Below are positions 18,186-28,090 of a stretch of DNA of 60,850 nucleotides, piece by piece (the stretch's first letter is position 1; each line of letters starts with the position of its first letter). The notes under the pieces were generated by a model. The model ran no database searches. It saw only the letters and a list, made by a program, of their open reading frames with translations, and had not been told where the DNA came from. This stretch comes from a virus (lineage: Duplodnaviria; Caudoviricetes). The translations under genes were made by a program, and so were the position numbers. Location: positions 1-60,850 of IMG/VR virus record IMGVR_UViG_3300034990_000021; one strand, 5' to 3'.

Positions 18186-19661
18186 CTAGAGCAAAAACTG
18201 CACTTGGGCAGCAGTGACCAGTAGTTGGTTGATCAGATCTGGCGCGATTCGGATGTCCAACCGATCGTTGTTAGACGCATTCCGCTGCACCAGCATGTCC
18301 TGACTGTATTGGTCAAAGCCTTCGATGATGCCTAAGGACTCTAGCTCACTGCCGAGTGCTAACAGCTCGGTGCGCACGATAGCCGGCGTGGTAATGGCCT
18401 GGCCGGGCGAAAAGTTAGTACCGTCGTCAGCAAGCTTGTGCCGTGGGAATCGCAGTTGTACGCGGCTCCTAAAGGCATATCTAATGTACGCCAGGCTGCG
18501 CATGGTGGTAACCTTAAAGTAAGACCAGTCACGTACACCAGCGGCGTTAGTCTGATAGGTAGTAATCAGCATCTCGACGTAGCAGTTACCATCAGCACCG
18601 ACTGTAAACGTCGACACGCCATCTGTCAGCAACACCCCGCGTTCGGTCTGCGTAAACTCCTCAGACACCTTAGGTGCCACCAGGCCAGTAAGCTGCAGAT
18701 TGGTTCGTTGGCGTGCTGGGTCTGACTCACTAGTATCAATAGCCCCTCCGACCGTAGCCCAGATCCAAGGTGGAGTAGGACTCAGCCCACCACCCATCAA
18801 GCAGGTAAACTTGTTGTTACGCGCATTACCGAGAGCTGTAAGTGCCGACTGTGTCCCCAAGGCTCCGATAAAAAGCATTACGTCTTTTTGCTCGTAGGGA
18901 TGCCAACGAGCTAGAGCCTCAGCCTCCAACTTGTCGTGATTGGTGTCATCGGCGTAGGCGGAGATGATCGTGGTGTACCAACCATCGCCCATGGCCGCGA
19001 TTGCGTCTGCCACGTCCGGGTCGGTAGCGCCGGCGACAACACCACCAACGTCAGTGACCACACAAGAGACCCCTGCCGGTAGAGACTCGCCGGTGTTATG
19101 GTTCAGGGCTAGGCCTATATTGTTGCCCAGAGTGCCTTTGTGCAAACAGGTAATGGTAACTGTTGCAGCGCCCGCTCCGGAAACGGGCAGATTGGAATCC
19201 GCAACGTGCGCTGTAACTGCCGCGGCCAAATTGGTGCCTATAGTCGCAGCGGTGTCTCCGGACGAAACAGCTGTTGTAATGCGCTCGCCGCCAATATAGG
19301 CGTACACCACCCCGTCTTCTGTAGCCGTACCCGAAAATGCAAAGGTGCCAGTACCGGCCGTACCCCCAGCATCATCATCCAGGGCGATAGCCCAAAGTTC
19401 GACGTAGGGATTGGCCGCTTTGAATGCGTCAATCATGTGAGCCAGGATCGACCCGTGGCCAAAGTACTCCTCTCCTTTAGCGGCGCTCGGTACGCTAACG
19501 GGCGTCTCGGCGGCTACGGTACCGGTTGATAGGCGCTGACCAATGAGCAAGACCACATTAGGCATGGTTGGCGTGGTCTGCACCGCCCTACTGGAGTCAT
19601 ACTCTACGTAGGTGCCTGGGGTTAGCAAATCAATACTGATCTGGTTAAAGGAGATGCTCAT
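18186..19661 (-). CDS. Tail sheath protein (Mu gpL)
   Basis: PG.Y.E.D.S.A..LLIGQ..FG.GS.L..M; DPAR..L.L; FPRHKLADDGT; RLD...PDLINQL. Confidence 0.95.
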   Translation of the reverse strand: MSISFNQISIDLLTPGTYVEYDSSRAVQTTPTMPNVVLLIGQRLSTGTVAAETPVSVPSAAKGEEYFGHGSILAHMIDAFKAANPYVELWAIALDDDAGGTAGTGTFAFSGTATEDGVVYAYIGGERITTAVSSGDTAATIGTNLAAAVTAHVADSNLPVSGAGAATVTITCLHKGTLGNNIGLALNHNTGESLPAGVSCVVTDVGGVVAGATDPDVADAIAAMGDGWYTTIISAYADDTNHDKLEAEALARWHPYEQKDVMLFIGALGTQSALTALGNARNNKFTCLMGGGLSPTPPWIWATVGGAIDTSESDPARQRTNLQLTGLVAPKVSEEFTQTERGVLLTDGVSTFTVGADGNCYVEMLITTYQTNAAGVRDWSYFKVTTMRSLAYIRYAFRSRVQLRFPRHKLADDGTNFSPGQAITTPAIVRTELLALGSELESLGIIEGFDQYSQDMLVQRNASNNDRLDIRIAPDLINQLLVTAAQVQFLL

Positions 19662-19876
19662 TTGTCACCCTCCCTAACTCTCGACTTTTGTACAGGCTTT
19701 GAAGTGGCTTCCTTGGGACCCTCCCCAAGGGCGCACTCACCAAACTTTATGCGTCTGCGCCAATATGCATTGTCTGGTACCCAATCACCATCAGATCCCA
19801 GTAGCGGCTTACCAGTACGGTACGGGTCCCTGACACGGGCCCCAGCTACCGGCTTGACAAAGATTTTACGGATCAT
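19658..19876 (-). CDS. Mu gp38-like protein (DUF2635)
   Basis: VKP..G..VRDP..G.WVP...YWRRRI..G. Confidence 0.85.
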   Translation of the reverse strand: MIRKIFVKPVAGARVRDPYRTGKPLLGSDGDWVPDNAYWRRRIKFGECALGEGPKEATSKPVQKSRVREGDK

Positions 19877-19886
19877 AATTGACTCC

Positions 19887-20861
19887 TCACGTAGCAATAA
19901 GAGCCAGGGTGGCTTTACCCAAAGTCACCCCGATCGTGTCATCCGCCTTTACCCATATTTCTATGTAGTCGTCCCCATCCAAGTTAAACACAGCATTCAG
20001 CGAAAACGCTTCCGGCCCGCCTGCAACAGTACATTGCTGCTCGACCTCGCTAGTCTCATCCACCACACCGTTTTTAGCTAGAGCCAATGTGACCAGAGCA
20101 TCAGCATCGACCTCAATCGACACTGACGCTTGCGCAAACATGGGCTTTTCGGCAGTGCCTGTGTAGCGCAGTCGCCCAGCTACTGGGCTGTCGACATCAG
20201 CCGTGGGAGACGCCAAGGTGGTAGTCCCCGCGGCTTTTTGGTAGGTGTCAACAACAGCTATCGAAGTAGCCAGTGGAGTACTTACATACAATCGTCCGTA
20301 TACAGCCATGAGTGTACCATTCAGCAGGACAGCAAACTCGTCCTCATAGACACCGTCCATCGGTGCTAAGTCAGTTTTTACGTAGACCTCATGCAGCAAC
20401 GGGAGTGCGTCGTACGCCTCAGCGTCAAAGCTGGCATCCACGAGTTGGGTCCAAGACACAGCCCAGAGGGCAACACCAGCTCTACGGTCCAGGTTGCTGC
20501 TAAACAAGTTCCGAGCACTTATATCTTCGGGCGCTTTAGCATGTTCATACGCCCAGGCATTGTTGGACACTTGGATAGCTACAGCTTCGGTCAGAGCCAT
20601 TACTTGGGAGTCACGCAGTGTTTGTGACGACCCGTGGCAAATTATAAAGATGGCAAGGTTAGCCTCTTGTGCTGCTGCACCACCATGCCGCCTGACACGC
20701 CCCCCAAGGCAAACCACGAAAGCGCTCGGAGACCTGAGAGCAACACGATTGATCTCATTCAGGTCGATGTCGCCACCGTGGGCCTTTACGGACTCGAATT
20801 GCGTAACGGACTCCGAAATAGACGCCACAATAGCATCTCGTAGGGCTACGAGGTGGCTCAC
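19887..20861 (-). CDS. Tail terminator (Mu gp37-like) with an extra C-terminal jelly-roll domain
   Basis: N-part: HGG...E..SP.AFV..LG..RNLFS..GVALWAVSW.Q. C-part of about 140 aa ends LDGDDYIEIWV (C1q/BclA-like). Confidence 0.7.
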   Translation of the reverse strand: MSHLVALRDAIVASISESVTQFESVKAHGGDIDLNEINRVALRSPSAFVVCLGGRVRRHGGAAAQEANLAIFIICHGSSQTLRDSQVMALTEAVAIQVSNNAWAYEHAKAPEDISARNLFSSNLDRRAGVALWAVSWTQLVDASFDAEAYDALPLLHEVYVKTDLAPMDGVYEDEFAVLLNGTLMAVYGRLYVSTPLATSIAVVDTYQKAAGTTTLASPTADVDSPVAGRLRYTGTAEKPMFAQASVSIEVDADALVTLALAKNGVVDETSEVEQQCTVAGGPEAFSLNAVFNLDGDDYIEIWVKADDTIGVTLGKATLALIAT

Positions 20862-21373
20862 AAAAATTCCCTCCGTAGCCAGTCGGTAATAGTTTCCTTT
20901 ACCTCGTCGCGGTTTGAGCTAGACAATCCTAGGTACGGCCTGGCGGGGATCTTGGCCTCCTCTGCTTTGGACTTCTTAGCCGCTTTTACCTTGGACTTCT
21001 TAGGTTCTTCTGCGTCGTCCTTCTTTAGCTTCCTGCCTTTTTGGTGGGTCCATGAGTAGATCAGATTGCTGCCTACTATGATTTCGTCGCCCCGCACCTC
21101 ATACTGTATAGAATCGAGTAGATGATTATCAAGCTGCAAAATACCACCGCTAGAACGCTTTTTCTTCCACTTTTCATACCGCGACGATAGTTCTTCCCAA
21201 GCTTTTCCATTCGGGGACTCCTTTTCCTCTTCGATCCTACGTCTGACTTGTGACTCTATCACTGCACCGATGTCATCTAATAAACTTTTGGTATCCATCT
21301 GGCTGAGCCGGTCGAGTCGGCGTTTTATGCGCTCCCCACCAATATCAGTAATACTTATTTCGATGCCAGCCAT
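20858..21373 (-). CDS. Virion morphogenesis protein (Mu gpG)
   Basis: SPNG..W..LS..IL...L..SI..VGSN..Y...HQ.G..IPARPYLGLS. Confidence 0.92.
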   Translation of the reverse strand: MAGIEISITDIGGERIKRRLDRLSQMDTKSLLDDIGAVIESQVRRRIEEEKESPNGKAWEELSSRYEKWKKKRSSGGILQLDNHLLDSIQYEVRGDEIIVGSNLIYSWTHQKGRKLKKDDAEEPKKSKVKAAKKSKAEEAKIPARPYLGLSSSNRDEVKETITDWLRREFL

Positions 21374-21831
21374 CAGAATAACCTCGACATCGTGCTCCGC
21401 GTGAAGAGCCTGTCCGGCGCACTGGTTGTGTCAATCTCACAAGACTCAACCTGGTCGTTGATCTGCTCTGTGTTACCTGTGGTGCCAGTCCCCAGAGTCA
21501 CTTTTTTGGCCGCCAGTTTCCCAAGCCAGGTTACAGCGGCATCGTATCTCTTTTCTTTGTCCTCCGTCATCGACGGCCGATCGATACTCAAATGGTACAT
21601 GGCCAAATCGCAACACAAACGTTTCAGGATTCCCGGTGTCTCAGCAAGCGGCAAGTCGTACAAAACACCAACGTACGAGTCGATCTCTTCGTCAGCAGCT
21701 GTGAGCGCCGCAGCTATCGTAGCAACGACGGTGGGGTCGGCTAGTGAGCCAGACCCCTCGCGATCCGCCGCTATGAGTAGTTGCTCATCACCAAAGCGAG
21801 CCTCCATATCTGGTTGCGTCGCGTAAGCCAT
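21373..21831 (-). CDS. Head-tail connector (Mu gp36, DUF1320)
   Basis: MAYAT..D...RFG..A..EIDSY...Y.LPL..CCDLA.Y.L..RY..A..WL. Confidence 0.92.
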   Translation of the reverse strand: MAYATQPDMEARFGDEQLLIAADREGSGSLADPTVVATIAAALTAADEEIDSYVGVLYDLPLAETPGILKRLCCDLAMYHLSIDRPSMTEDKEKRYDAAVTWLGKLAAKKVTLGTGTTGNTEQINDQVESCEIDTTSAPDRLFTRSTMSRLF

Positions 21832-21832
21832 G

Positions 21833-22150
21833 TCACTGCTTTTCCACTTCGCAAGCTTCCACCGTGATCAGACCACCCTCCTCCTTAATTCTGATCTCAT
21901 CACGTTGACTATCCGAGAGAGATGCTTCGCGTAACACTATTGACCGCCCGCGGCTTATCTTTTTCTGGCAGCACCAAAAATCGCGTCCCAGCCTAGACTG
22001 CAACCGTAGCGCCGGCTCCATGGGCTTCGGAGGCGGTTCCGGCGGGCATACTGCACTGGGCTCCGCAGCGGGGGCTACGTTGGACGGCCCGCTTTCTTGG
22101 GGCGCCTTCATGCCCTCCGACACTTTTTTGTAGTGGAACTTCTTAGCCAC
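21833..22150 (-). CDS. Hypothetical (Mu gp35 position)
   Basis: Syntenic position after the major capsid gene. Confidence 0.5.
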   Translation of the reverse strand: MAKKFHYKKVSEGMKAPQESGPSNVAPAAEPSAVCPPEPPPKPMEPALRLQSRLGRDFWCCQKKISRGRSIVLREASLSDSQRDEIRIKEEGGLITVEACEVEKQ

Positions 22151-22167
22151 AATCCACCTCTACAAAA

Positions 22168-23061
22168 TTAGGTTAGGTAGTGACTCATCACAAGCTTGAA
22201 AGCCTTGTAATACGGGTTATCAGCCCCACTAGCCAGCTTTTGCTGCTCTACCAGAGTCCTGGCAGCCGCCCAATTACTGGGGCCAAAGACCAGCGTGTCG
22301 TAATAAATGTTGAGCGGGTGTCCCTCGTCACCCTTGAGATCAAACCCCGCTTGCATGTACGTATCGACGTTAGTGCTGTTGAGGGTGTTGAGAGACCCGT
22401 AAGCCATTTGCCACAACCCGTAACCAGCAACCGCACGGGCTCTTACCCCATACAGGTAGTCGCCGGTCATAAACACGTTCTGATCGTTTGCATTGTCTAA
22501 CTTTACAAACTTGTAAGGCTTTCGGGTCTGCCAGATTAGCGGCTTTAGTGGCCGTTTAGTGTCCATCAGACACCAAAGATTCCCGCCACCGGTAGCGTCA
22601 TAGTTGCTCACAGTCGACGCTACTTCGTTGACGACTACTGGGTGGCTCGCGTCGAAAAATGCTTGCCCATCATAACACAGGCCGGTAGCCCCGGCAGCGA
22701 GAGCCGCAAACACCAGGGAGTCCGGGTGCATGGCCGAAGCATACCCCATGTCATCAAACATCGGGGCGAAGACACCGTACGTATCGTCATCAAGCTGGTC
22801 TTCGTTGACGGCCACTGTGCTTTCAAACTTTTTGTTTATCAGCGTGTAATCGTGAGCTTTTAGATCTTTGATGTGGAGATCACCGATCCACTCGCGGAGC
22901 TGAGGCCACTGACCCAAAAATGCATAGAGGTTTTGGGCGGTAGCTGATGGTATTTGCGTAGCCACCGAAGGCCATACTGGCGTTGCGCGGCCAAACCCGC
23001 GCGAAAAGTTGCCCTTGTACGATGTAAACAAGGCGCTCAAATTTGCGGTGTTCCTGATCAT
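22168..23061 (-). CDS. Major capsid protein (Mu gpT-like)
   Basis: LGQWPQLREWIG..Y.L.NK.FE.TV..CYDGQ.FFD..HP..KPLIWQ.R..YGV.AR...GYG.WQ.A; probable start MIRN at 23061. Confidence 0.95.
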   Translation of the reverse strand: MIRNTANLSALFTSYKGNFSRGFGRATPVWPSVATQIPSATAQNLYAFLGQWPQLREWIGDLHIKDLKAHDYTLINKKFESTVAVNEDQLDDDTYGVFAPMFDDMGYASAMHPDSLVFAALAAGATGLCYDGQAFFDASHPVVVNEVASTVSNYDATGGGNLWCLMDTKRPLKPLIWQTRKPYKFVKLDNANDQNVFMTGDYLYGVRARAVAGYGLWQMAYGSLNTLNSTNVDTYMQAGFDLKGDEGHPLNIYYDTLVFGPSNWAAARTLVEQQKLASGADNPYYKAFKLVMSHYLT

Positions 23062-23072
23062 TTGTCTACCCC

Positions 23073-24044
23073 TCAGTTTTCGATCTTGAGTGTTACTTCG
23101 GCGAAGGCGTCGGTATCGGTATTTGTACCGCCGACTGTACACTCAATCACATCATCGATTGCAACAGTGTTGGCTGCACTTGGAGTGGCCGAATCTACAT
23201 CCCCAGCTGCAGAGCCTGACTGGGTGATGGTAATGACCCCACCCGTGACAGGAGTACCGTTTATGCTAAATGTCAAAGTGGCATCCCCAGTCGCCAAGGC
23301 GGCCTCTTGCAGCACTGACTGCAAATCGGTAATGTCGCCGGCTACTGGCGCTACCACTCTATAGACTTTAGCGTCAGCGCCAACCAGGTTAGATACCCTC
23401 ATCACCAACGGTACGATGTTGGCTCCGAGAGCGGCCCTCGCAGCGGCGGCCGTGCTAGATCCAGTCCCTCCATCGGCCACAGCCAAATCGGTGATCCCCG
23501 AGATGGCGCCTCCGGTGATGGCGACTGCGCTGGCTGCTTGTGTAGCCATCGTGTCCAAACCCAAGTTGGTTCGGGCCGTCGCGACCGTGCCAACGTCAGA
23601 CAAGTTGTTCGCTGCCAGCAATCCAGCAGTCCCGTACAAGCGCTCGTCGACGGTAACCCAAACGCCAACATCGTCTATGTCCACCATGATCCCAGCCGGT
23701 GATGTCCCGGTCGCGTCAGAGCCGACTGTCTGATCGTCTTCGATGTAGACAGTATCTCCAATATTGGCCTTGGTAAGAGTGTTGACGGCGGAATTGTTCC
23801 AGCGAAACGTGCCAGATCTGTACCTTACGTTCGAGGCGGCGGCGACTCCGGTTGACTCCAGAGCGTACTCCATGCACTTACCGGCCCCGATCAAACTCGC
23901 AGCAGCGGTTGCTGGCTTGAGATTGCCGCTAGCATCGCGCACCAAGAGAGCGCCTTCGAAACACTCGGCCGACGCCGCCATCGGGCCTTCGAAGTTAGTA
24001 CTTTCGCGTTGCGGCGTATGTCGACTATCAGTTAACGCTGCCAT
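23073..24044 (-). CDS. Capsid decoration/cement protein with C-terminal extension
   Basis: N-domain MAALT..R.T..G.F.W.NS..IG..VY..DDQTV..AG..GVWV, then LLAANNLSDV..ARTNLGL and LAVADGGTG fibre-like repeats and a beta domain. Confidence 0.7.
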   Translation of the reverse strand: MAALTDSRHTPQRESTNFEGPMAASAECFEGALLVRDASGNLKPATAAASLIGAGKCMEYALESTGVAAASNVRYRSGTFRWNNSAVNTLTKANIGDTVYIEDDQTVGSDATGTSPAGIMVDIDDVGVWVTVDERLYGTAGLLAANNLSDVGTVATARTNLGLDTMATQAASAVAITGGAISGITDLAVADGGTGSSTAAAARAALGANIVPLVMRVSNLVGADAKVYRVVAPVAGDITDLQSVLQEAALATGDATLTFSINGTPVTGGVITITQSGSAAGDVDSATPSAANTVAIDDVIECTVGGTNTDTDAFAEVTLKIEN

Positions 24045-24045
24045 T

Positions 24046-25383
24046 TCAAACCTCCTGAGCCTGGGCTTTTTCGAACTCTTCGACCGTCAACCCGCACTGC
24101 TCCATGATTCGCTTCTCGTCGGTGCTGGGCTCTTTTGCTCTTTGAGTAGGTGGGTTGTCATCCAATCCCGAATCGGCGCAAATTACAGGTGCGTCTCTGA
24201 CAAATTCCTTAAAGCGCTCCAGCCCATCTTTGTCAGAGCAAGTCTGCGCGTAGAACTCACGCTTCGCAGGGATGATCTTCCCAGCTTTGGACGCCGCCTC
24301 AATCACCGAGTCAACTTCGCGTCGGTGCTCGGCTTCGTCACGCTCCCGCAGGGCCTTTTCGGTGCTTGCAGCCTTAACCGCGAGAGCATTAAATTCCTCC
24401 CGCGGCACAAACTCGTCCAGGCTAGGTTTGGCCTCCTTCAGAGCCTTCACCTCAGCCTCAGTCGCTGCGGCCTTACTGACCAACGTACTAATGGCGGTTT
24501 TACACTCCTCAACAGTTGCCTTTTCGTCAAGGCCCAGCAATCCCATCAAGTCTTTGTCCATGTGATCCTCACTTGCAGTTTGTTCGTCCAACAATCGCCG
24601 GGCCTTGGCCTGTAAACGGCGTTTGTCCTCACTCGTAAATCCAGCGATCTTAGCCTGTGGTATGCGCGCGATCGCATTTCTCAAATGCGGCAGATCGATC
24701 TCGCCGCCAGAACCTTTGTACGGGAAGTGCCTTAGGGCACGTGGGGTGGTTTTTCCCTCATCATCTTTTCGTCCACCACCCTCAACCAACAAAAAAGCGG
24801 AGTCCGGTAGATCGTTGACGTACCGTGCGGTCCACTCAGCGGCCGTTTGCGTATCGTCGTGCGCCAACGCAGGCATATCCAACGCCGGCCGATTAGTAAG
24901 CCCACCAGAAGTGATCCGTTTAATCACCTTGGTTACTTTGTCCATCACAAAGGCCGGCGAAAAATATCTATACTCTTTCGTTGCGAGTGACTCGGCCCCT
25001 TTTGGCGTCCACTCTTTGACGTGCCCCCAAACCTCGCCATTCCGGACTTCCATCTTGTCGATCCAAGCAGACGCGGGCGCTTTTTTGCCGCGTGGGGCGA
25101 GCTCTTCGGTGGCGTGCTCCCAGTCGATCACCAAATCCCTTGGGTCTTGCTCGAAAGCCTCAATGATAGCTTCGGGCTCGCTGTTGGAAAACTTACGGCC
25201 ATCGAGGGCTTTGATGTCGGCCCCAGCAGGGAGTAACTGGATCCAGTCAGGGAGTCCCCCTTCTGCCGTAAGATCTACTTGGCAAGTAACCGCCCATCTT
25301 ACGGGCTCAGTACCTCCCTCTGCGCATTTGTGTACACTGGTATCCATCGGGGCCAGGGTAAGCCATAGCCACGTTTGATCCAA
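24046..25383 (-). CDS. Prohead protease/scaffold (Mu gpI) with inserted domain
   Basis: WIQLLPAG..DGR..IDWEH..APA.AW..WT..G..EYRY.SP.F..LTN.PAL; insert NDLPDSAF..RHFP..HLRNAIAR. Confidence 0.92.
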   Translation of the reverse strand: MDQTWLWLTLAPMDTSVHKCAEGGTEPVRWAVTCQVDLTAEGGLPDWIQLLPAGADIKALDGRKFSNSEPEAIIEAFEQDPRDLVIDWEHATEELAPRGKKAPASAWIDKMEVRNGEVWGHVKEWTPKGAESLATKEYRYFSPAFVMDKVTKVIKRITSGGLTNRPALDMPALAHDDTQTAAEWTARYVNDLPDSAFLLVEGGGRKDDEGKTTPRALRHFPYKGSGGEIDLPHLRNAIARIPQAKIAGFTSEDKRRLQAKARRLLDEQTASEDHMDKDLMGLLGLDEKATVEECKTAISTLVSKAAATEAEVKALKEAKPSLDEFVPREEFNALAVKAASTEKALRERDEAEHRREVDSVIEAASKAGKIIPAKREFYAQTCSDKDGLERFKEFVRDAPVICADSGLDDNPPTQRAKEPSTDEKRIMEQCGLTVEEFEKAQAQEV

Positions 25384-25398
25384 TGTGCGAACTGTGCG

Positions 25399-25626
25399 TT
25401 ATGTGCAGGATTTATCAGCCGGGCAACCAGCCCATTTGTCACGGAGCGCATGCACCTCTTCGAGACTCACCCAGTAGTACCCATCTCGCGGTGGGAATCG
25501 TATCACGTCCTTGAGTGGCGATGCTTTGCCCTCAACAGCTCGTTGTGCCCAAGCAATGACAGTATTGCGATGTACACTGAGTATACGCGCTGTCTTAGTT
25601 GTTGATATGCGCCCAGGGATCCTCAT
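25399..25626 (-). CDS. Small helix-turn-helix DNA-binding protein (excisionase/MerR-like)
   Basis: ISTTKTARILSVHRNTVIAW HTH pattern. Confidence 0.7.
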   Translation of the reverse strand: MRIPGRISTTKTARILSVHRNTVIAWAQRAVEGKASPLKDVIRFPPRDGYYWVSLEEVHALRDKWAGCPADKSCT

Positions 25627-26351
25627 TGGGCCTCGGCCCTCTTCTGCTCGAGCAAATCCGATAGTGCGTCTTGGCGGTTTGTCCCCTTGCCGGGGATAAA
25701 ATCAAATGATGGGTGTACCGATTCCGGCAGTGTCTTGGTCCTGCCATCAGGCAAGGTCCATGTCACTTCCGCTTCCTCTGGTATTTGGCTGGTGCCACCA
25801 CGTGACTCCGCTTCGCGCGCCGATATCTGGCGCACTCCATGTTTGCAGCTGTACCCGATAGGCGGGTAATGCAGGTCCCACCAAGGATCGTCCGCCGGCA
25901 GGATCGTACCAACCAACGCTTGGTGCTCTGGCCGTGGCCGTAGCGACGAAGTACTGGTAAATATCAGGTACGGGAGCGCCGCTTTGGTACGCTGCACACG
26001 TTGCCATTGGCCCGCCGCGCGTGCTTGGCGCAGATTAGTATCGTAGATCAGCTTGAGTCGGTACGGTGGGACTTTCTCGCCAGGCGGACTGGCCCACCCA
26101 CTGGCTTGTAATTTCGGCCCGACCTGTTTCTTAAATTCGGCTAGAGTCGTCCCCTCCGTGATCGCCCGATCGACGGCTTGCTTAACGTGCGACAACAGAT
26201 CTACCTCGAGTATCCCAGCTATGGTAAATGCAGCGTCATGCTCCTCCGCCCAGCTACTACTCAAATCAAGGTCAGGCTCAATACGCTTCGCTTCAAAATA
26301 CGCAATGGCCTCTAGGGGTACAGGCCCCTCACGTTTTGCCTCAGCTACCAT
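25623..26351 (-). CDS. Head morphogenesis protein (Mu gpF)
   Basis: EEH..AFT.A..RL.LIY.TN...A..AG.W..PYL..RP.H..DDPWW..H.PP.GY.C. Confidence 0.92.
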   Translation of the reverse strand: MVAEAKREGPVPLEAIAYFEAKRIEPDLDLSSSWAEEHDAAFTIAGILEVDLLSHVKQAVDRAITEGTTLAEFKKQVGPKLQASGWASPPGEKVPPYRLKLIYDTNLRQARAAGQWQRVQRTKAALPYLIFTSTSSLRPRPEHQALVGTILPADDPWWDLHYPPIGYSCKHGVRQISAREAESRGGTSQIPEEAEVTWTLPDGRTKTLPESVHPSFDFIPGKGTNRQDALSDLLEQKRAEAQ

Positions 26352-26460
26352 CTAGTTCTCGCCCCGATCTTCCGAAGTGGCAAGCTACCAAGATTAATAA
26401 AACAAGTACTACTAAGCACAAGTCCACTACGTCATCCATCGGTAACGTGATGTCATCCAT
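26341..26460 (-). CDS. Possible 39-aa membrane peptide
   Basis: MDDITLPMDDVVDLCLVVLVLLILVACHFGRSGRELDGS; overlaps both neighbours. Confidence 0.35.
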   Translation of the reverse strand: MDDITLPMDDVVDLCLVVLVLLILVACHFGRSGRELDGS

Positions 26461-28087
26461 CACTAACGTCTCCCAGTCCGCGGGCCTTTAAAGCTGCGGT
26501 AGCTAGGTCTTTTACCAATGCGTCAGCGTCTACACCTGACAACTCCGAGCTTACTATCGCAATAAAGTGTTCGTAACTCTCTGCGTCGGCCGCTGCCTTT
26601 GTCAGTACGTTGAGATACGGGTCCATTACCCGAGTCCAGTTGTCCAGGTGTGAGTCAACAATGTCATCAACGCCATCACGATCTTTTTGGCTAGCGGCAG
26701 TTTGCGATTTGTGCTCCTCACGGCCTTGCTGGTCATCATCTGGGTTATCACTCTCCTCCTCATCACCGTCCGCACCGTCCGTGCCATCCCCGCCGCCAGC
26801 ACCACCCGGGCCGCTCGGGCCACCAGCGTCTCCGAGGGCGGCCAGTGCCTCGGGCAATAAGACCTCAGCATCCTCTTCCGGCTCCGCTAGGTTAAACTTG
26901 TCCCGGATCACGCTAGCCTCAACGCGAAGCCCGTGATTAATAAAAACGGAAAGTGACTTGGACAACTTAACTAGATCCTCCGGCTCCTCTGCGATAAAGC
27001 GCAATAATGGGTACTTCTTTTGCGCGCCAAAATTGAGATCCACATACGACTTTACGAGGTCTCGTCGTAATGTAGCTCCGATCTGCCAAGCATCCGATTT
27101 TAATATATCGCCGCGTACTTGATCATGTACTTGCGCTTGGCTCAGTGAGCTACCGTCATCGGTAGTCATGGTCTGCCCAAGGACGCCTTTGCTCACCTGA
27201 CGATCAAACCAATCCGCCGCACCAGAAAACAGCGCGTCTGCCCCAGTCGTTTTAGAGGTCTCGATCAACTCAATGTCCATGTCCTTGGGCAAGATCGCGG
27301 CCGCGTCAGTGCCGAGCGAGGCAACAGCATTTTTGAGCGAGGCCTTACTCTTTTCGTCCTCGCCGGAGTCGTATCGTCCGACCCTAAACGGTATACCGTA
27401 GATCTCCATAAAAGCCATCCAGTGCTTAATTGTATACCCCTTGCACATGTAAGCTACTGCAGCCAATCGTGCTAACCCACCTCTTGTTGGCAAGCCCGAT
27501 TTGATCTTAGGCAAATGGTAGATAAACTTAAATGGGTCGAGCGGCTTGCCGTTTGGACTACCATCTATGATGCCCAATGTTACACCGTCTTCGGTCGAGT
27601 ATTGGAAATTTCGCTGGTCGCGCCTTTTATACTCACACGGCCACCAAGTTCTGCCCTGGCGGTCCCACATAATCTCGACGGCTGCAAAGCCTTTACCCAA
27701 AGCGTCTGTAGCGTCAGGCAGCATTGCCGTAAAGATATCAGTCTCTACTACCTCCTCTCTTACAGCATCAGCTATTTTTACATCTTTGGCATCGTCGCTT
27801 GCAGCACTCACACTGATCGGCAAACCCTGTATAGCTTGGCGCCTAGTACTCAGTACAGAGTGATAATGCGCGTCTCGCTCCTCCATCTCCTCTGCCAGCG
27901 TCAAATAGTTGAGCAGATCGTTTTGATCCGCTTGGGCCATGATCGAGCCCAACCGCTGTGGGGTTAAGTTGTTAGCTACCGACTCAAACCAGACTTGCCG
28001 GATGGATGTAACCGAGGCATCCGCAACTTCTTGCGGCAGCACACCCCTATTTACTTTTCGCCCGTGGGCGTCATACAACGTTGCCAT
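26453..28087 (-). CDS. Portal protein (Mu gp29, DUF935)
   Basis: LTP.RL..L.EEMEERD.H..DALGKGF...EI.W..GLAR..W..F.E.YG.P.RVG.Y..SK.VLGQT.TT. Confidence 0.95.
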   Translation of the reverse strand: MATLYDAHGRKVNRGVLPQEVADASVTSIRQVWFESVANNLTPQRLGSIMAQADQNDLLNYLTLAEEMEERDAHYHSVLSTRRQAIQGLPISVSAASDDAKDVKIADAVREEVVETDIFTAMLPDATDALGKGFAAVEIMWDRQGRTWWPCEYKRRDQRNFQYSTEDGVTLGIIDGSPNGKPLDPFKFIYHLPKIKSGLPTRGGLARLAAVAYMCKGYTIKHWMAFMEIYGIPFRVGRYDSGEDEKSKASLKNAVASLGTDAAAILPKDMDIELIETSKTTGADALFSGAADWFDRQVSKGVLGQTMTTDDGSSLSQAQVHDQVRGDILKSDAWQIGATLRRDLVKSYVDLNFGAQKKYPLLRFIAEEPEDLVKLSKSLSVFINHGLRVEASVIRDKFNLAEPEEDAEVLLPEALAALGDAGGPSGPGGAGGGDGTDGADGDEEESDNPDDDQQGREEHKSQTAASQKDRDGVDDIVDSHLDNWTRVMDPYLNVLTKAAADAESYEHFIAIVSSELSGVDADALVKDLATAALKARGLGDVSDG

Positions 28088-28090
28088 AAG

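Noticed and set aside
14048-28087. Transposable Mu-like prophage
   Set aside because: No transposase, MuB, integrase, att site or flanking host genes.
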